This document shows positions 13,001 through 26,187 of a DNA stretch of 64,000 nt, piece after piece (the stretch's first letter is position 1; the number at the start of each line of letters is the position of its first letter). The notes beneath the pieces were generated by a model. The model was given only the letters and a program-made list of their open reading frames with translations. It had not been told where the DNA came from and searched no databases. The stretch is from positions 248,001 to 312,000 of the forward strand of contig CDROCS010002105.1 of the NCBI GenBank assembly GCA_977020255.1, given 5' to 3'. The translations under genes were made by a program, and so were the position numbers. This DNA comes from Obrimoposthia wandeli. Taxonomy: Eukaryota.

Positions 13001-16000
13001 AGATGGTCAATTGCCATCATTTGGTGTTGATACGGGCATTTCTTTAAATGAAGAAACGCAAGAAGGACTAGTTATCTCTGGCAGTATCGCCGTTGATACA
13101 GGCAGTGATGCGATTGCGTCTATCACATTTGATGATGCGAATATGCAATCTGGCTTTAACGGTGTCACCAGTAATGGGCATGCAACGACAGTTGAAGTGA
13201 GTGGTAACGTATTGCTGTTGAAAGACAGTGGTGGTCAAACCGTACTTGAAGTCACCATTAATAACGATGGTTCTTACACGGCAAAAATCACCGGAGAGTT
13301 GGATCAGGATGTTAATAACCTGCTGAACTTACCAATCAAAGTGACCGTAACAGATGATGATGGTGACACCGCCAGCGGTACCATTAACATCAAAGTGACT
13401 GACGGCAGTGATGCTGCAGGCGGTGAAGGTCACGCAATGACTGCAGTTGAAGGAGATCTTGAAACGTCAACGGGGGGAACAACCTATCCTAAAACAACGT
13501 CAGATTCCTTTAAGGTAACGGCAGGTGAAGATCGCCTCGACCCAACAACAGTGAACGTAGATCCAGCACAAGTAGCAGCGTTGATCACTGAGTTGGAGTT
13601 GGAATTAACCTCTGGTGGTGAGAAGTTGGTCTTCTCGCTCAGTGCAGATGGTTCGACGTTAGTCGGCACCACGACCCCTGGTGGTGATATAGCCGTGACG
13701 ATTACACTGTCGGGCACCCAAGTGGGTGACGATATCAATGTGAATGTTGAGTTTAAACAGCATCTACCACTAGATCATAATAAACCAGCTGATACTGATG
13801 GCTTCGTTAAGACTCATGGCGATGACATTACGATTAGTGTTCCTGTTCAAGCGAAAGATACTGATGGCGATGATTTAGATACAGCCGTAAAAGTAGACAT
13901 CACGATTCAAGATGGTGCCGATCCTGTCTTTGGTCTTGATGGTGGCAAAACCATTACAGAAACCGAAAATAGCCAAACGGTATCAGGTGCGATTGACCTT
14001 GATATAGGCAGTGATGCAATTGATAAGGTGGAATTTGATGCGGTACAAGCGTCACTTGTTGGCTTAACCACTAACGGTCAAGCTACAACGTATGCTGTGA
14101 ATGGTAACGTGATTACAGTAACGATTAACGGCGGTACAAATAACGGTGATTCAGTTCTAACCATCACCATGAATAAAGACGGTAGTTATACCGTTAAGCA
14201 AGATGAGCCGCTTGATCAAGATAATGTACAAGGAGATGACATTGCTCTGACTTTGGGCGTTACTGCAACGGATAAAGACGGTGATGTTAGCAATAACGGT
14301 CAAGTCATCATTACGATCAAAGATGGTCAAGATGCGACAGGTGAAAATGTTACTGCAAACCTAACAGTTGTAGAAGGCGACCTTGAAAATCCGGCTATCG
14401 GTAAAGCGTACCCATCAACAGGGTCTGGTAGCTTTACGGTTGAGGCTGTCAACGACAACCTAGTTCCAAGCACGACGCGTGTTGAAGCGGATGTGCAAAC
14501 TAACCTCTTAGATGAGTTGAACGGCCTGACCTCAAATGGTGCTCCATTGACGTTTACGCTAACGGTTGATGCCAATGGCGTGATTACCATTACTGGCATG
14601 ACACAGACAGGCAGTACAGAAATTTTAGAAATAACACTGACGCCTACGCAACAGGCGGACGGGGATGTTCGCGTTGATATGGCGATAGAGCAGAGTGGTC
14701 CATTAGATCACACCAGTGGCTCGGGCACTTACGTGAATGTGGGAGACGACGCGATCACTGTCGATATTCCAGTTCAAATGACGGATTCTGACGGCGATGA
14801 TCTTGAAAAGCCCGTCAATGTGAATGTCACTATCACCGATGGTGATGATCCGACATTTGGTGCAGACAGTACAGTCAACCTAGAAGAAGGGGATGACGGT
14901 ATTGTTTCTGGTACAGGTCAAATCGATGTCGATACGGGCAGTGATGACGTTGTTAAAGTGTACTTTGACGATACGCAATCTTCGTTGAATGGCCTAACCA
15001 GTAATGGTGAAGCAACCACTTATACCGTTAGTGCAGATGGCAGCACGATTACTGTCACTTTAGTGAGTGATCCGAATGTGGTGGTCATGGAAGCCACGGT
15101 TGACATCAACGGTAACTATACGGTTGATCAAAAACAACCGATTGACCAAGTGGATGACAAAGCCGGTGATAATGAAAACATCATTCTTAATGTATTAGCA
15201 GACGACAAAGATGGTGATACCAGCGAGCCGGGTCATATTAATGTCGTGGTTAAGGACGGCAACAATGCAGGTGGTGGTCAAACAGATTTTATTGCTATTA
15301 CTGAAGGTGATTTGACACCTGAAGGTAGTGAGTCTCCTTACCCTGTAATAGGTAGCACCACGATCAATGTCCCTGCAGGCGTCGATCGTCTAGATCCTAA
15401 TTCTGCTGAGATCGATAGCGATACGCTTAATGCATTAATTACTGAACTACAAAATGAATTAACATCGGGTGATCAGCCAATTACGTTCACCTACAATGCA
15501 AATGCGGGCACATTAACGGGTGTTGCTGCTGGTGTTATCGTGATGACAGTGGTTGTAGACGCAGTGCAAGCCGAGAATGGTCATGATGTAGATATCACTA
15601 TTACCATTACACAAAACCAGCCACTTGATCACCAAGGTGGCAATGCAAATGACATGGTATCAACTGATGGTGACAAGATTACCATCGATGTGCCTGTCCA
15701 AGTCGCAGATACTGACGGTGACAAACTTACTGCTGGTATTTCAGTTGAAGTGACTATCAACGATGGTGCCGATCCTGTGATTACTGGTTTTGAGTCGATT
15801 TCTGTCGATGAAAGTGCCCTGAATGGCAATAATAAAAACCATCAAGGCTCTGATCCATCAAGCAAAGACGAAAAAGCGAAAGGGCAAATCACTGTTGATA
15901 GCGGAAGTGATGAAGTCACTGATTTCGTTATTGATGTTGCCACCTTTAATCAGCAAAATGCTGGTGTGCTAATGTCGGATGGGCAGCAAATCACGCTGTC

Positions 16001-19000
16001 TTACAATAGCAACAATGGTAATTACTTCGGTAAGGTTGGCAATACGACTATTTTTGTTGTCAAACTCAGTGATAGCGGTAAATATGAGTTTATTCTTAAA
16101 GGTAATGTTGACCACGAAGAAGGCGGCGCAACAGATGATGAACTGACAATTACTCTTCCAGTACAAGCGATTGACCAAGATGGTGACAAGAGCAATATCG
16201 TCAATGTACCTGTGACAATTAAAGATGATGAGCCAACCGCGACAGATGTTACGTTAAATACAATAGAGGGGCAGTCGACCACTAGCGCGGATGTATTAAC
16301 GATTATTGGTGAAGGTGCGGATGATGCGACCGTCACGGCCTTAATCGTAGATAACGTTCATATTCCTCTAGATTCTTTACCTACTTCGGGTGATTACTAC
16401 TTATACGAAGTTAAAGAAGGCAATGAGGTGCTGGGTACGTTGCTGATTACCGTCGAAGGTAAAACATATTTTGTAGCTAATGATGATTTAGACCATGACA
16501 TTGAAAATATCATCAAAGAGATTGGCTTTGAGGTAACGGACGGTGATGGTGATACTGATACGGGTATCATTACGTTAGAAATAAGTGACCAAGACGCCAG
16601 CTTAACGACAGATAACAGCAAGGGTCTAGAAGATAACGGCAGTGCTTCAGATACGATTGCTTCGAATTACCACGGTATTGCCATCAACATGGATATCGAT
16701 GTGGGTGACTCAGATCGTGGTGAATCTGTCGGCACGGTTACCATTACCCTTGCGGGTGAGATGCACGGCGATTTCATGTGGAATGGGGTTATTATTACGC
16801 CTAATGTCGATGGTTCGATTACGCTTCCTGCTGGAGCATTTACGGACAGTAATAATGATGGCATCTTCACACTTGATGGTGTGACCTTCATGCCTGACGA
16901 AGACTTCTCAACCATTAAAGGCGACTTGAACTTCAATGTGAGTGCTGAAGTCGTCAATACGGACGGCAGCAAGCATCCAGAAATGAATGGTAGCTTTACT
17001 GTGCATGTCGACGGTGTGGCGGATATCCCAACCTGGGATGATAGCAATACCACCTATCACTATACCGTGACGGAAGATGCGGATAACGTTGAACTGAACT
17101 TGACAGCCGTACTTCAAGATGACGATGGCTCTAATACTAGCTCAGAAGATCTGTATTACTTCATTACGATTAAAGAAGGTGAAGGTACATTAGAGGGAAA
17201 AGATTTAGTTGTCGATTCTCTAAATCCGACTGTTTACAAAGTATCCGCGGATAACATCGATTCTATTCAAGTGAATCCTGCGGATAACTTCAGTGGTGAC
17301 ATTAAGCTGGATGTGTGGGCACAAAGCCAAGAAAAAGATAATGGTGATACGGCTGATTCTGTTCATAAAGAAATCATCATCAATGTCAATCCAGATGCTG
17401 ATGATGCGACTATGAAAGTGAAGCGTATTGAGTCAGATGAAGATGTTCGGATTGACTTAAAAGATCACATTTTCCTCACGCCTGAAGACGACAACGGTGA
17501 TGGTTCAGAAAAACTCTTTGTTCGTATATCTGGCTTGCCGACAGGCGCTATCTTGTTCCTTGATGGGCAAGCATTAGTACCTGATGCTGATGGAAAATAC
17601 GAAGTGGCTTATGATGAAATTGATAAGCTGCAGCTACAGCCAACGCCAGAGAGTAATGTTGATTTCACGATAAAAGTTGAAGGTGTAGTAAAAGATACAA
17701 CCACAGTAACAAATCCTGATGGCACAACGACGACAGATGTGGTGGATGAATTTGTAACCAGCAGTCAATCTATTGAAGTTGCTCTAACGGGCGTCGCCGA
17801 TACGCCAGATTTTGATTTTAACAACTCATCATGGAAAGAGCTGACCGATGGTCGTACTGGTCTCGAAACTACGATTGATGAAGATGGTTCTGCTGTTTTT
17901 GATTTCTCAGTTCTTTCTGGTGAGTACACGTTAGCGCCAACGGATAACTCAGAAACACTCAGCCTTGTGATTTCGAATATTCCAGAAGGCGTTAAGATCT
18001 TTGATGCGAATGGTAATGAGCAGGCCTTAGTTTATGTCGGCACCGATGAGCATGGTAATCCGAAATACGAAGTGAACTTGAGTACGCTGCATGGCATTAC
18101 GATTGCCCCACCACTAAACAGCACGAAAGATATTGATCTCAATGTACGCTTGGTTGTGACCGAAAATGATGGAGACAGTAAGGCGTTTGACGGCAACTTG
18201 GTTATTCATGTTGAGCCAGTGGTCGATGCGACGGACTACAGTAAAAACTCAAATGGCCTAGAAGACAATGTTGTCAATCTGAATTGGCAACCAGATCTAA
18301 CGGACAGTAAAGAAGTGATTACTGGGCTTGTCATTAAGGATTTACCTGCTGATTACGATTTATACATAGGTAATACATTGATTGCTTCTGGCGGCGGGGA
18401 CATAACCTTGACGCCAGCACAAGTGGCTCAAATTACGTCTGGCGGGCAATCACTACGCGTGAAAGGGCCTGAAGATTCTGATGTCGATTTGAAACTGACG
18501 ACTGAAGTCACTGTTACCGAAGTTGATGTGGACTCTGCTGCGACGGATGAGAAAACAATTGAAGGTACATTAAATGTCAATATTAATGCGGTTGTTGAAG
18601 ACGATGGTCAATTAGCGATTATTGATAATAGCGGTGATGTGACGAATAAGATTACCAGTGATGCAAATGGTGTTATCGACATCAATGTTAATACAACAGG
18701 TGACCAGACGTTTACGGGCGGTTTAAGTTTCATCGAAGATGATTTGAGCAGTGCTGAAGTTATTGAAAAAGTCATTATTACGTTAGTCGATGCTGATGGT
18801 AATACGATTACCGATCAAGATATTTTGGATCAGTTCTTGGTGATGGGTGGTATTAACAATGGTGATGGTAGCTGGACGGTACCTCAGTCTGAATTAGGTA
18901 ATCTGCAAGTTATTGCAACAGTCGACCAGACCTCTACAGTTTACGTTCATATTTCGGCTGAAATTCGTGACCTAGGTGATAACAACGAAGGTGATTCGAG

Positions 19001-22000
19001 CGGCGCTGTAATAAAAGAAGTAGAGACTGTTATTGAACTTGATTTCCAAGGTTCATCAGGTGGCAGCCAATTAGCTGGAAATATCGATGTTGATGACGAT
19101 GTGATTATTATTGGCACCGAAGATAATCACTTAGATTTTGGTAACCAGTTAGATGCGCTTGTATCCGTTAGTACGTCCGGTTCAAATCATGAGAATGATG
19201 TATTTACCTTAGTCATCGAGGCTTCAACGCTACCTAACGGTGTGTCTATCACTGGCGCGGAATATAACTACGAAACGGGTGAGTATGTACTTAAAGTACC
19301 TGTTGACTCAGAAGGTCACGTTGATTTGTCAGCGGTTGGTATTAACTTACCTGAAGACTTTGCCGGTGATTTTGAGCTTGACGTGAAATATGTGACAACC
19401 GACACCGTGAGTGGTGATGTCAAAGAAGTGACAGATACCATTCCTGTGAAGGTGAATCCTGTTGTTGATATTCCCGGTAATTCACAAACGGGTGACCATA
19501 CGCCGGAAATCGAGATCAGCGTAGTGAAGACAGACGGACTAGACGGTAACAAGCAACCGATTACCGCTGGTAGTGCTGATCATGATTACGTAGGTGTGGC
19601 TTATGAAGATGGTGATATCACGCTTGATTTGAGTGTGGTGCTTGCAGATAGCAGCACTTCATTAAACGAAGGTCTAGAAACAGTGACGTCAGTAACACTG
19701 ACGGTCGATCCTGCAAAAGGCTTCTTTGTTGCAGCTGACGGTTCATTAGTCTCTGAAATTACCCTACCGACTAGCGAGTTGGGCAATATCCAATTCCGCC
19801 CTGTGGAAGACTTCAGTGGTTCCGTCAATGTTGGTGTGAAAGTCGACATTACAGATACGGCGAACTTCGATCAAACGGGTGGTTCAGCAACGGATACCGG
19901 TTCTTACACGACTGATGTGAACTTTGAGGTTGTGGCAGTTAATGATGCGGTGAATTGGACTGGCACCGATAAAGTGGTGATTGGTCAAGAAGATGCTGGC
20001 GGTGTGTCGCTTGTTGGTATTGGTGGAACGATTGTTGATGTTGATGGTTCTGAACAAATTCTGTCGATGAAACTGACGGGGGTGCCAGATGGTTTCACTA
20101 TTGAAGGAGCGGCAAACAACAGTAATGGTGAGTGGAGTATTTCGCTACCATCAGGCCAGACAACATTCAACTTAGATAATATTAAAGTAATTCCACCGGA
20201 AGACTTCAGTGGTGAAGTTGAATTAAATGTGGTGGTTTACAGCAAAGAAGATTCGTTAACGGAAGTGGTTGAGCATTCAACCAGTATCACCATTGACGTG
20301 CAACCAGTGGCTGACCGTGTAGATACAGATGTTGAAACAGAAGCGTCAGGCACAGAGAACAACACGGCAGGGATTGATTTAATCCTGAATGTTGAAGCCT
20401 TTGATGATCAAAATAGCTACGGCGGTTCAGCATCAAATGTGACAGAAAAAGGGCCGGAAGGTTTACAAATTACCTTGAGCAATATACCCGACTCTAGCTC
20501 AATTGCATTGCCTGATGGTGTGGTCGGTACCGTGACCAACAATGGCAATGGTATTTGGGTCGTGACGGTTGAGTCTTCTGACCTTGATAAGTTGATTTTC
20601 CACCCTGGTGATGCGAACAGTGCGAATTGGGACGGTAATATTGAGGTTGATATCCGTGCCATGGATAACGGTGTTGTGGCAGAAGATAGTATCGCGGTTG
20701 ATAAAATCATTCATGTCGATGTTGAAGCCGAAAATGATGCACCTGTTAACGTACTTCCAAGCAATTTGACAGCAGATGAAGATGTACCGTTATTGATTAA
20801 CACCCTCAAAGTGACGGATGTTGACGCTAACGAAACGGCAAACAGTACAATGACGGTGACCTTAAATGTGGGCGAAGGTACATTGAATGTGCCAGATAGC
20901 TTCGATTGGGCGGCATTGGGATTAATCGTTACTGATGAAGGCTCGGATACATTAACTATCATGGGTAACCGTGATGACATCAATGCGCTATTAGCGAGCG
21001 GCGTGGAGTATACGGGTAATACTAACTTCAATGGTGACGATACCTTAACCATGACCACCAACGATCAGGCGAACTCAGGAACGGGACCAGCAGAAGGGTT
21101 AACTGATACTGATAGCATCACGATAACGATTAACCCTGTGAATGATGCGCCTGTGAATACAGTACCTAATGCTGTGACCGCGGAAGAAGATGGCAGTACA
21201 GTAATTGCAGGTATACAGATTAGTGATGTCGATTTTGGTGAAACTGGCTCGACGGGCTCTATGTCTGTCACGTTAAATGTGGCGCACGGGATTTTGAGTG
21301 TTAATACTCCTGTTGGAAGCAGTGTTGTTGTGACAGGTCAGGGAACTGATACTGTGATGGTCACGGGTTCAATGAATGACATTAATGCACTATTAAACAA
21401 CGGTGTTATTTATGAAGGTGACGACAACTACAGTGGTACTGATGAACTGACTATGACGACCCATGATGGTGGCAATGTCGGCTCAGGTACAGACGACACG
21501 GCAATCAGTAAAGTTCCTGTAACGGTAACCCCGAAAGCCGATGTGCCAACGTTATCATTGGATAACAGTTTCATTCAAACCGCTGCAATTCGTGGTTCGC
21601 TAGGCACAATGATCCCTCTGCTTGGCTTGATTGCAGTATTAACCGATACCGATGGTTCTGAAACCTTGAGTATTATGGTTAAAAATCTTGCTGGAGCTGA
21701 CTTGGTCAATAGTAATGGTGATGTCATTGCGGGTAATCAAGGCAATGGTACTTGGGTTATCACCAAAGAAAACCTTGCAGATTTAAATGTGACTGGCTTG
21801 CCTGAAGGGGTTAACAACCTAGAAGTTGTGGCTGTGTCAGAAGAAACGGATGGCACTAAAGCTGTTTCTGCGCCTATCGATATCAATGTTGTGATTGATA
21901 ATCTGGCTAATACCGGCAACCACATTGGTGGTAGCGCAAATGCTGATGGTGCAAATCTAGTGATTGATAGTAGCGCCGAAGCGACATTATTAGGTGGTGA

Positions 22001-22922
22001 TGGCAACGACATCTTAATTGGTGGCGCGGCTTCTGACATCTTAGTTGGTGGTGCGGGCGACGATATTCTTTGGGGCGGTATTCAAGACGGTTCTGGTGAT
22101 GGTGTTGAAGATATCTTCAAATGGCAAGCCGGAGACTTTGGTACTGCGGCTAATATCGCGACTGATACCATCATGGACTTCGAACAGGGTATCGATAAAA
22201 TTGATTTAACCGACGCTTTCAGTGCATATGACTCAATGTCACTGAGTGATTTGAGTAGTCTCATCAAGCTGACGGGCAATGGTACGGATTCGACTCTTGA
22301 AATTTACGATATTCAAGGCGACCTAGTTCAGAATATCGTGATTAATGGTGTATCGGAAACAGCTTTACTAGGAAATGATCCTACTGGTATGTCTGATGAA
22401 GATAAGTTAGGTACGTTACTAAACAGCGGACAGCTTGATGTGGCTAACAACTTCGGTGATTCCGGAGGTAATAGCCTTGTTGCGGATAATAGCGGCGAGA
22501 ATCTCTACGGTTTTGACGGCAACGATATCTTAACGGGTGGAGCAGGAGATGACTTCTTGACTGGCGGTAACGGTAATAACCTGTTCACATGGGATGCTGC
22601 ATTATCCAATGAAGATGTGATTACTGACTTCAAACTGGATCAAGACCAACTCGATTTATCTCAAATATTATCTGACGGTAATGATGATAAATTCACCATG
22701 GATGATTTGTTAGTACACACAAAATCGGGTGATTTGGCTGCAAGCTTTGATGCAGAAGGTAACGTGAACCTAACCGTGAAAATGGAAGAGAACGAACAAA
22801 GTATTGTCCTTAATAACATTGATTCTTCCAGCTTGGGTGATATCGGTTCTAGTGCCAGTTCAACCGATATTTTGAATCAACTATTCAGCCATGATGCTTT
22901 CAAGGTAGATACTAACCTTTGA
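1088..22922 (+). CDS. Giant retention-module RTX adhesin (LapA/BpfA-like T1SS substrate), split into ORFs 1088-6928, 6991-7974 and 7998-22922 by frameshifting deletions
   Basis: N-terminal DVAAIQNAILSGDDPTETLEAAAAG...GSSNSRFVVIDY retention module with poly-Ala LapG-type site; tandem Asp/Thr/Gly-rich Ig-like repeats; cadherin-like VNDAPVN domains; GGxGxDxLxG nonamers and T1SS C-terminal target domain. Repeat periodicity continues across the frame breaks; restoring 7+25 missing nt gives ~7,290 codons. Confidence 0.9.
1643..16200 (+). repeat. About 16 tandem ~909-930 bp (~303-aa, two-domain) coding repeats
   Basis: Unit-start motif E[G/P]DL at 1643, 2552, 3461, 4376, 5285, 6197, 7105, 8000, 8907, 9819, 10734, 11652, 12561, 13449, 14373, 15303; central units near-identical at DNA level, outer units diverged. 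Confidence 0.92.
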
Positions 22923-22930
22923 TGTAGTCA

Positions 22931-23817
22931 TAATAAGTCCTAAGTAACGTAAATCACACACCTTGGTGGAGATGTTCGTTTCTTTGGCAATTAATCGCAA
23001 AATTTCTGGTAAGCACCATAAAAACTCGTCCTGTATTAACAACGCATTGATAAAGCTGATTCAGTAACTGATAACGACTCATCTCATAAGTTGTATGAAA
23101 CGTAATATTGCTTTGGAGTTGACCTTGCTTTAATTCACCGCACATCAACAATCTTTTGGGATACTTCTGAGGATCTTCAAGAGAAGTAATGAAGCCCTTT
23201 ATTTCACCTTTGATCTGGAATTAAGACCAATCTACATTCCAGAAATCATCCAGTAAGCCTGTGGGGATGGCATTTTAATTAGTTTGTCATGCGGCGTGTA
23301 TTCCTCAACAACTTCATACCTGAGTTTGGCTTTTAATTAAAATGAGTGTTTTTTCCAGCACCACGTAAATAGCTCTGCTGACATAAAACCACGGTGGTGC
23401 GCAGCCGCATGCTGTATCTGAGGTATCTTCTTTTTCCCATTCTGCCGCTGTCGTACGGAATAGATGACGTAACACTCCTATACGTTGTCTGGCTTTAACG
23501 ATGCTACTTGTCGCAAGCGGTGGGAGTAGAGTCAGGAAATGCTAGCTCCAACTTATCACATACGGAACGATCTCTCATAAGCCCAATTCCAAGTACAAGC
23601 CATACAGGGAATCGACGTTTTCGAATGGCAGCTCTGCCAGTCTGTTGTACCGCTTCTTCTATCCATTCACTTGGTATATTTTTACGAAAAGCATCAATTG
23701 CTTCAAGTTAAGTTCAGCAGTAACTTGTAGTTCTCAGACATCGGCCTCAAACAAAAGTTGAGACCGATTATGAATCAGCTACAGGATCGTTCAAGTCCCC
23801 TTAAACGATCAGTATTA
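22931..23817 (-). mobile_element. Degraded, internally deleted IS4-family insertion sequence
   Basis: Minus-strand end TAATACTGATCGTTTAAG resembles the IS4 IR TAATGCCGATCAGTTAAG; the other end (TAATAAGTCCTAAG at 22931) is eroded; 887 bp versus ~1.4 kb for a full element. Confidence 0.8.
22940..23741 (-). pseudogene. IS4-family transposase fragments
   Basis: Frame-shifted pieces IDAFRKNIPSEWIEEAVQQTGRAAIRKRRFP..VWLVLGIGLMRDRS, SSIVKARQRIG, RGFMSAELF, YEVVEEYTPHDKLIKMPSPQA and IKGEIKGFITSLEDPQKYP align by eye to E. coli IS4 transposase (RKRRLP..VW, ARQRLG, SPQARK, LLTSMTD). A hairpin at 23741-23767 covers the start/RBS. Confidence 0.85.
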
Positions 23818-23840
23818 ACCCATTTACGGTTGGCTTTTTT
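23818..23840 (+). terminator. Distal part of the adhesin's rho-independent terminator (proximal part AGTCA at 22926-22930)
   Basis: Joining the IS flanks gives AGTCAACC-CATTTAC-GGTTGGCT-TTTTT (8-bp stem with one G-U pair). Confidence 0.65.
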
Positions 23841-24093
23841 AGATTTAACTATCAGCCACATAATACAGGTTACCTACTTAATGGCGTATCAATGGGTATA
23901 GGATTAATAAATCGAAACAGCCTTCCTTGTTTCACGCTGAATAGACATGCTTATTGCTAGTAGCTTGTCTGCCAGTGTAGAGCCAACGAGTAACTTGTTT
24001 GGTACTTGTCATAAATGTAAATACTTTGTTATGTTGTGTGCTATGTTTTTAGTGGCTTAGATTCAAATAGTAAGTGCAGAAAATGGAATATAT

Positions 24094-25428
24094 ATGAAAG
24101 CACGTGAAGCAAATTTTGATGGGTTGGTCGGCCCTACGCATAACTACAGTGGTTTATCTTTTGGTAATGTCGCCTCTGAAAAGAATCAGGCGAATAAGTC
24201 CAACCCCAAGCAAGCTGCTAAGCAAGGGTTAGCGAAAATGAAAGCACTGGCTGATATGGGCTTAGTGCAGGGTATTTTAGCCCCTCAAGAGCGTCCAGAT
24301 GTTCACACTCTGCGTCGACTTGGTTTTATGGGAAGCGATGCTAATGTTATAGAACAAGCAGCTAAGCAAGCACCAAAAGTGTTGGCTGCATGTTGTTCGG
24401 CTTCAAGTATGTGGACCGCGAATGCGGCAACGGTGTCGCCCTCAGCAGATACCGCTGATGGTAAAGTACATTTCACTCCCGCAAATTTAACAAATAAATT
24501 TCATCGCTCGATTGAACATGAAACTACAGGGCGTATTCTTCTGGCAACATTTGCTGATAAAAATCACTTTGTTCATCATCCTGCGTTACCTGCTGTAGAG
24601 CATTTTGGTGACGAAGGTGCTGCAAACCATACGCGTTTTTGCCATCAATATGATGAGCAAGGTGTCGAGTTTTTTGTTTATGGTCGTCATGCTTTTGATA
24701 GCCAATACCCAGCCCCGAAAAAGTACCCTGCACGTCATACCTTTGAGGCGTGCGAAGCTGTAGCGCGTCTTCATCAATTACATAGCGCTAAGGTTGTGAT
24801 AGCGCAGCAAAATCCAGACGTTATTGATCAAGGGGTGTTTCATAATGACGTTATCGCAGTGGGCAATAAGAACGTCCTGTTCTGTCATGAACAAGCTTTT
24901 TTGAATCAACAAGCCGTGTATACCGAGTTAACCGCAAAAGTAGGCGGAAACTTTAAGATTATTGAAGTGCCTACCAGTGCAGTAACTATTGAAGATGCTG
25001 TAACCAGCTACTTGTTTAATTCCCAACTGCTTGAAATGCCTAATGGTGAAACAGTATTAGTATTGCCTGAAGAATGTCGAAATAATGAGCGTGTTTGGGC
25101 ACACGTACAAACGATTATTAGCGCTAAGCAAGGTATTGATAAAATACAGTTTTTTGACTTAAAGCAAAGCATGGCAAACGGGGGGGGGCCGGCATGTTTA
25201 CGTTTACGTGTTGTGCTGAATGAACAAGAACACCAAGCCATCAATCAGTCTACGCTAATGAACGACGTGTTGTTCAATCGTTTAAATACGTGGGTAGATA
25301 GCCATTATCGCGACACGATAACAGATGCAGATCTTGCTGACCCACAGCTAGTTGTTGAATCTCGTGCTGCACTTGATGAGCTAACTCAAATTTTAGACCT
25401 AGGCTCAGTTTACGCTTTCCAGCGCTAA
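24094..25428 (+). CDS. astB: N-succinylarginine dihydrolase
   Basis: [51 protein letters not shown] and [12 protein letters not shown] motifs. Confidence 0.97.
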   Translation: MKAREANFDGLVGPTHNYSGLSFGNVASEKNQANKSNPKQAAKQGLAKMKALADMGLVQGILAPQERPDVHTLRRLGFMGSDANVIEQAAKQAPKVLAACCSASSMWTANAATVSPSADTADGKVHFTPANLTNKFHRSIEHETTGRILLATFADKNHFVHHPALPAVEHFGDEGAANHTRFCHQYDEQGVEFFVYGRHAFDSQYPAPKKYPARHTFEACEAVARLHQLHSAKVVIAQQNPDVIDQGVFHNDVIAVGNKNVLFCHEQAFLNQQAVYTELTAKVGGNFKIIEVPTSAVTIEDAVTSYLFNSQLLEMPNGETVLVLPEECRNNERVWAHVQTIISAKQGIDKIQFFDLKQSMANGGGPACLRLRVVLNEQEHQAINQSTLMNDVLFNRLNTWVDSHYRDTITDADLADPQLVVESRAALDELTQILDLGSVYAFQR

Positions 25429-25455
25429 TCATTCACGGTTGACCTATGAGTCATT

Positions 25456-25491
25456 AAAAAGCAGAAAGAATCATCTTTCTGCTTTTTTTTT
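25456..25491 (+). terminator. Rho-independent terminator after astB
   Basis: AAAAAGCAGAAAGA...TCTTTCTGCTTTTTTTTT. Confidence 0.85.
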
Positions 25492-25809
25492 GCTTATAGC
25501 AATACAGTATTTATTATTTTTAATAGAAAGAGATGATGGATATTGGTATTTAATGAAGACAAGTTTTAAGTAAGTGAGTTGCCATTAAATAAAAAGTAGA
25601 TCATATATTTTAAGCTAAATTTTTAGGCTAAAAAAATCATAAATTCGAAGTTTGTATTTTTGCATGTATTAATGATGTGTTGAAGAATGCTTTGCAATTT
25701 GAAATTGACAAAGCGAACGTTTTTTCTTAACTTGTTGTAATTAAAGTAATATTTGTTGGCATGTAATGTGAATTATCCTCATGAAATACTAAATAATGAG
25801 TGACGGATA

Positions 25810-26187
25810 ATGCGCTATTTTTATATAATATTTATTACATTTTTTGTGGTTGGGTGTGGGGGAAGTGATGAAGAAAATGCTACGAGTATGAATGAAACAC
25901 CTATTAATTCATTGCTGAGTACGCAATCTGCACCGACCAATAGTCAATTTTCTAATTTCAAAAATAAGCAATTTAATATAGATCCTCGATCGTTTAACTT
26001 CGATGGAGATAATGTGTATTTGAAGGTTTACGATACGGGTGGCAGCGTGTTGTATTTGGGAGGAATAAAGAAAGATGCTATTTTTTCTATTGAATTAACC
26101 TTACCAAATAATGACTCTACCGTCGTTTATGACCTTTTTACTGATTCTGCCAATGATCAGTCTGTAAGTGGGGAGTTCGTACTATGA
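25810..26187 (+). CDS. Hypothetical lipoprotein
   Basis: Lipobox VVGC after hydrophobic leader; overlaps next start (ATGA). Confidence 0.75.
   Translation: MRYFYIIFITFFVVGCGGSDEENATSMNETPINSLLSTQSAPTNSQFSNFKNKQFNIDPRSFNFDGDNVYLKVYDTGGSVLYLGGIKKDAIFSIELTLPNNDSTVVYDLFTDSANDQSVSGEFVL

Noticed and set aside
1643-16200. Long repeat array as CRISPR or non-coding array
   Set aside because: Units are ~900 bp, in-frame protein-coding, with no short repeat/unique spacer pattern and no cas genes.
1510-22279. Dozens of recurring minus-strand ORFs inside the adhesin (e.g. MMVTVTFTSWPCCSPC...)
   Set aside because: Antisense shadows of the repetitive coding strand; they recur only because the repeats do.
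22954-23711. ORFs 22954-23151 (-) and 23508-23711 (+)
   Set aside because: Out-of-frame or antisense pieces of the IS4 pseudogene.
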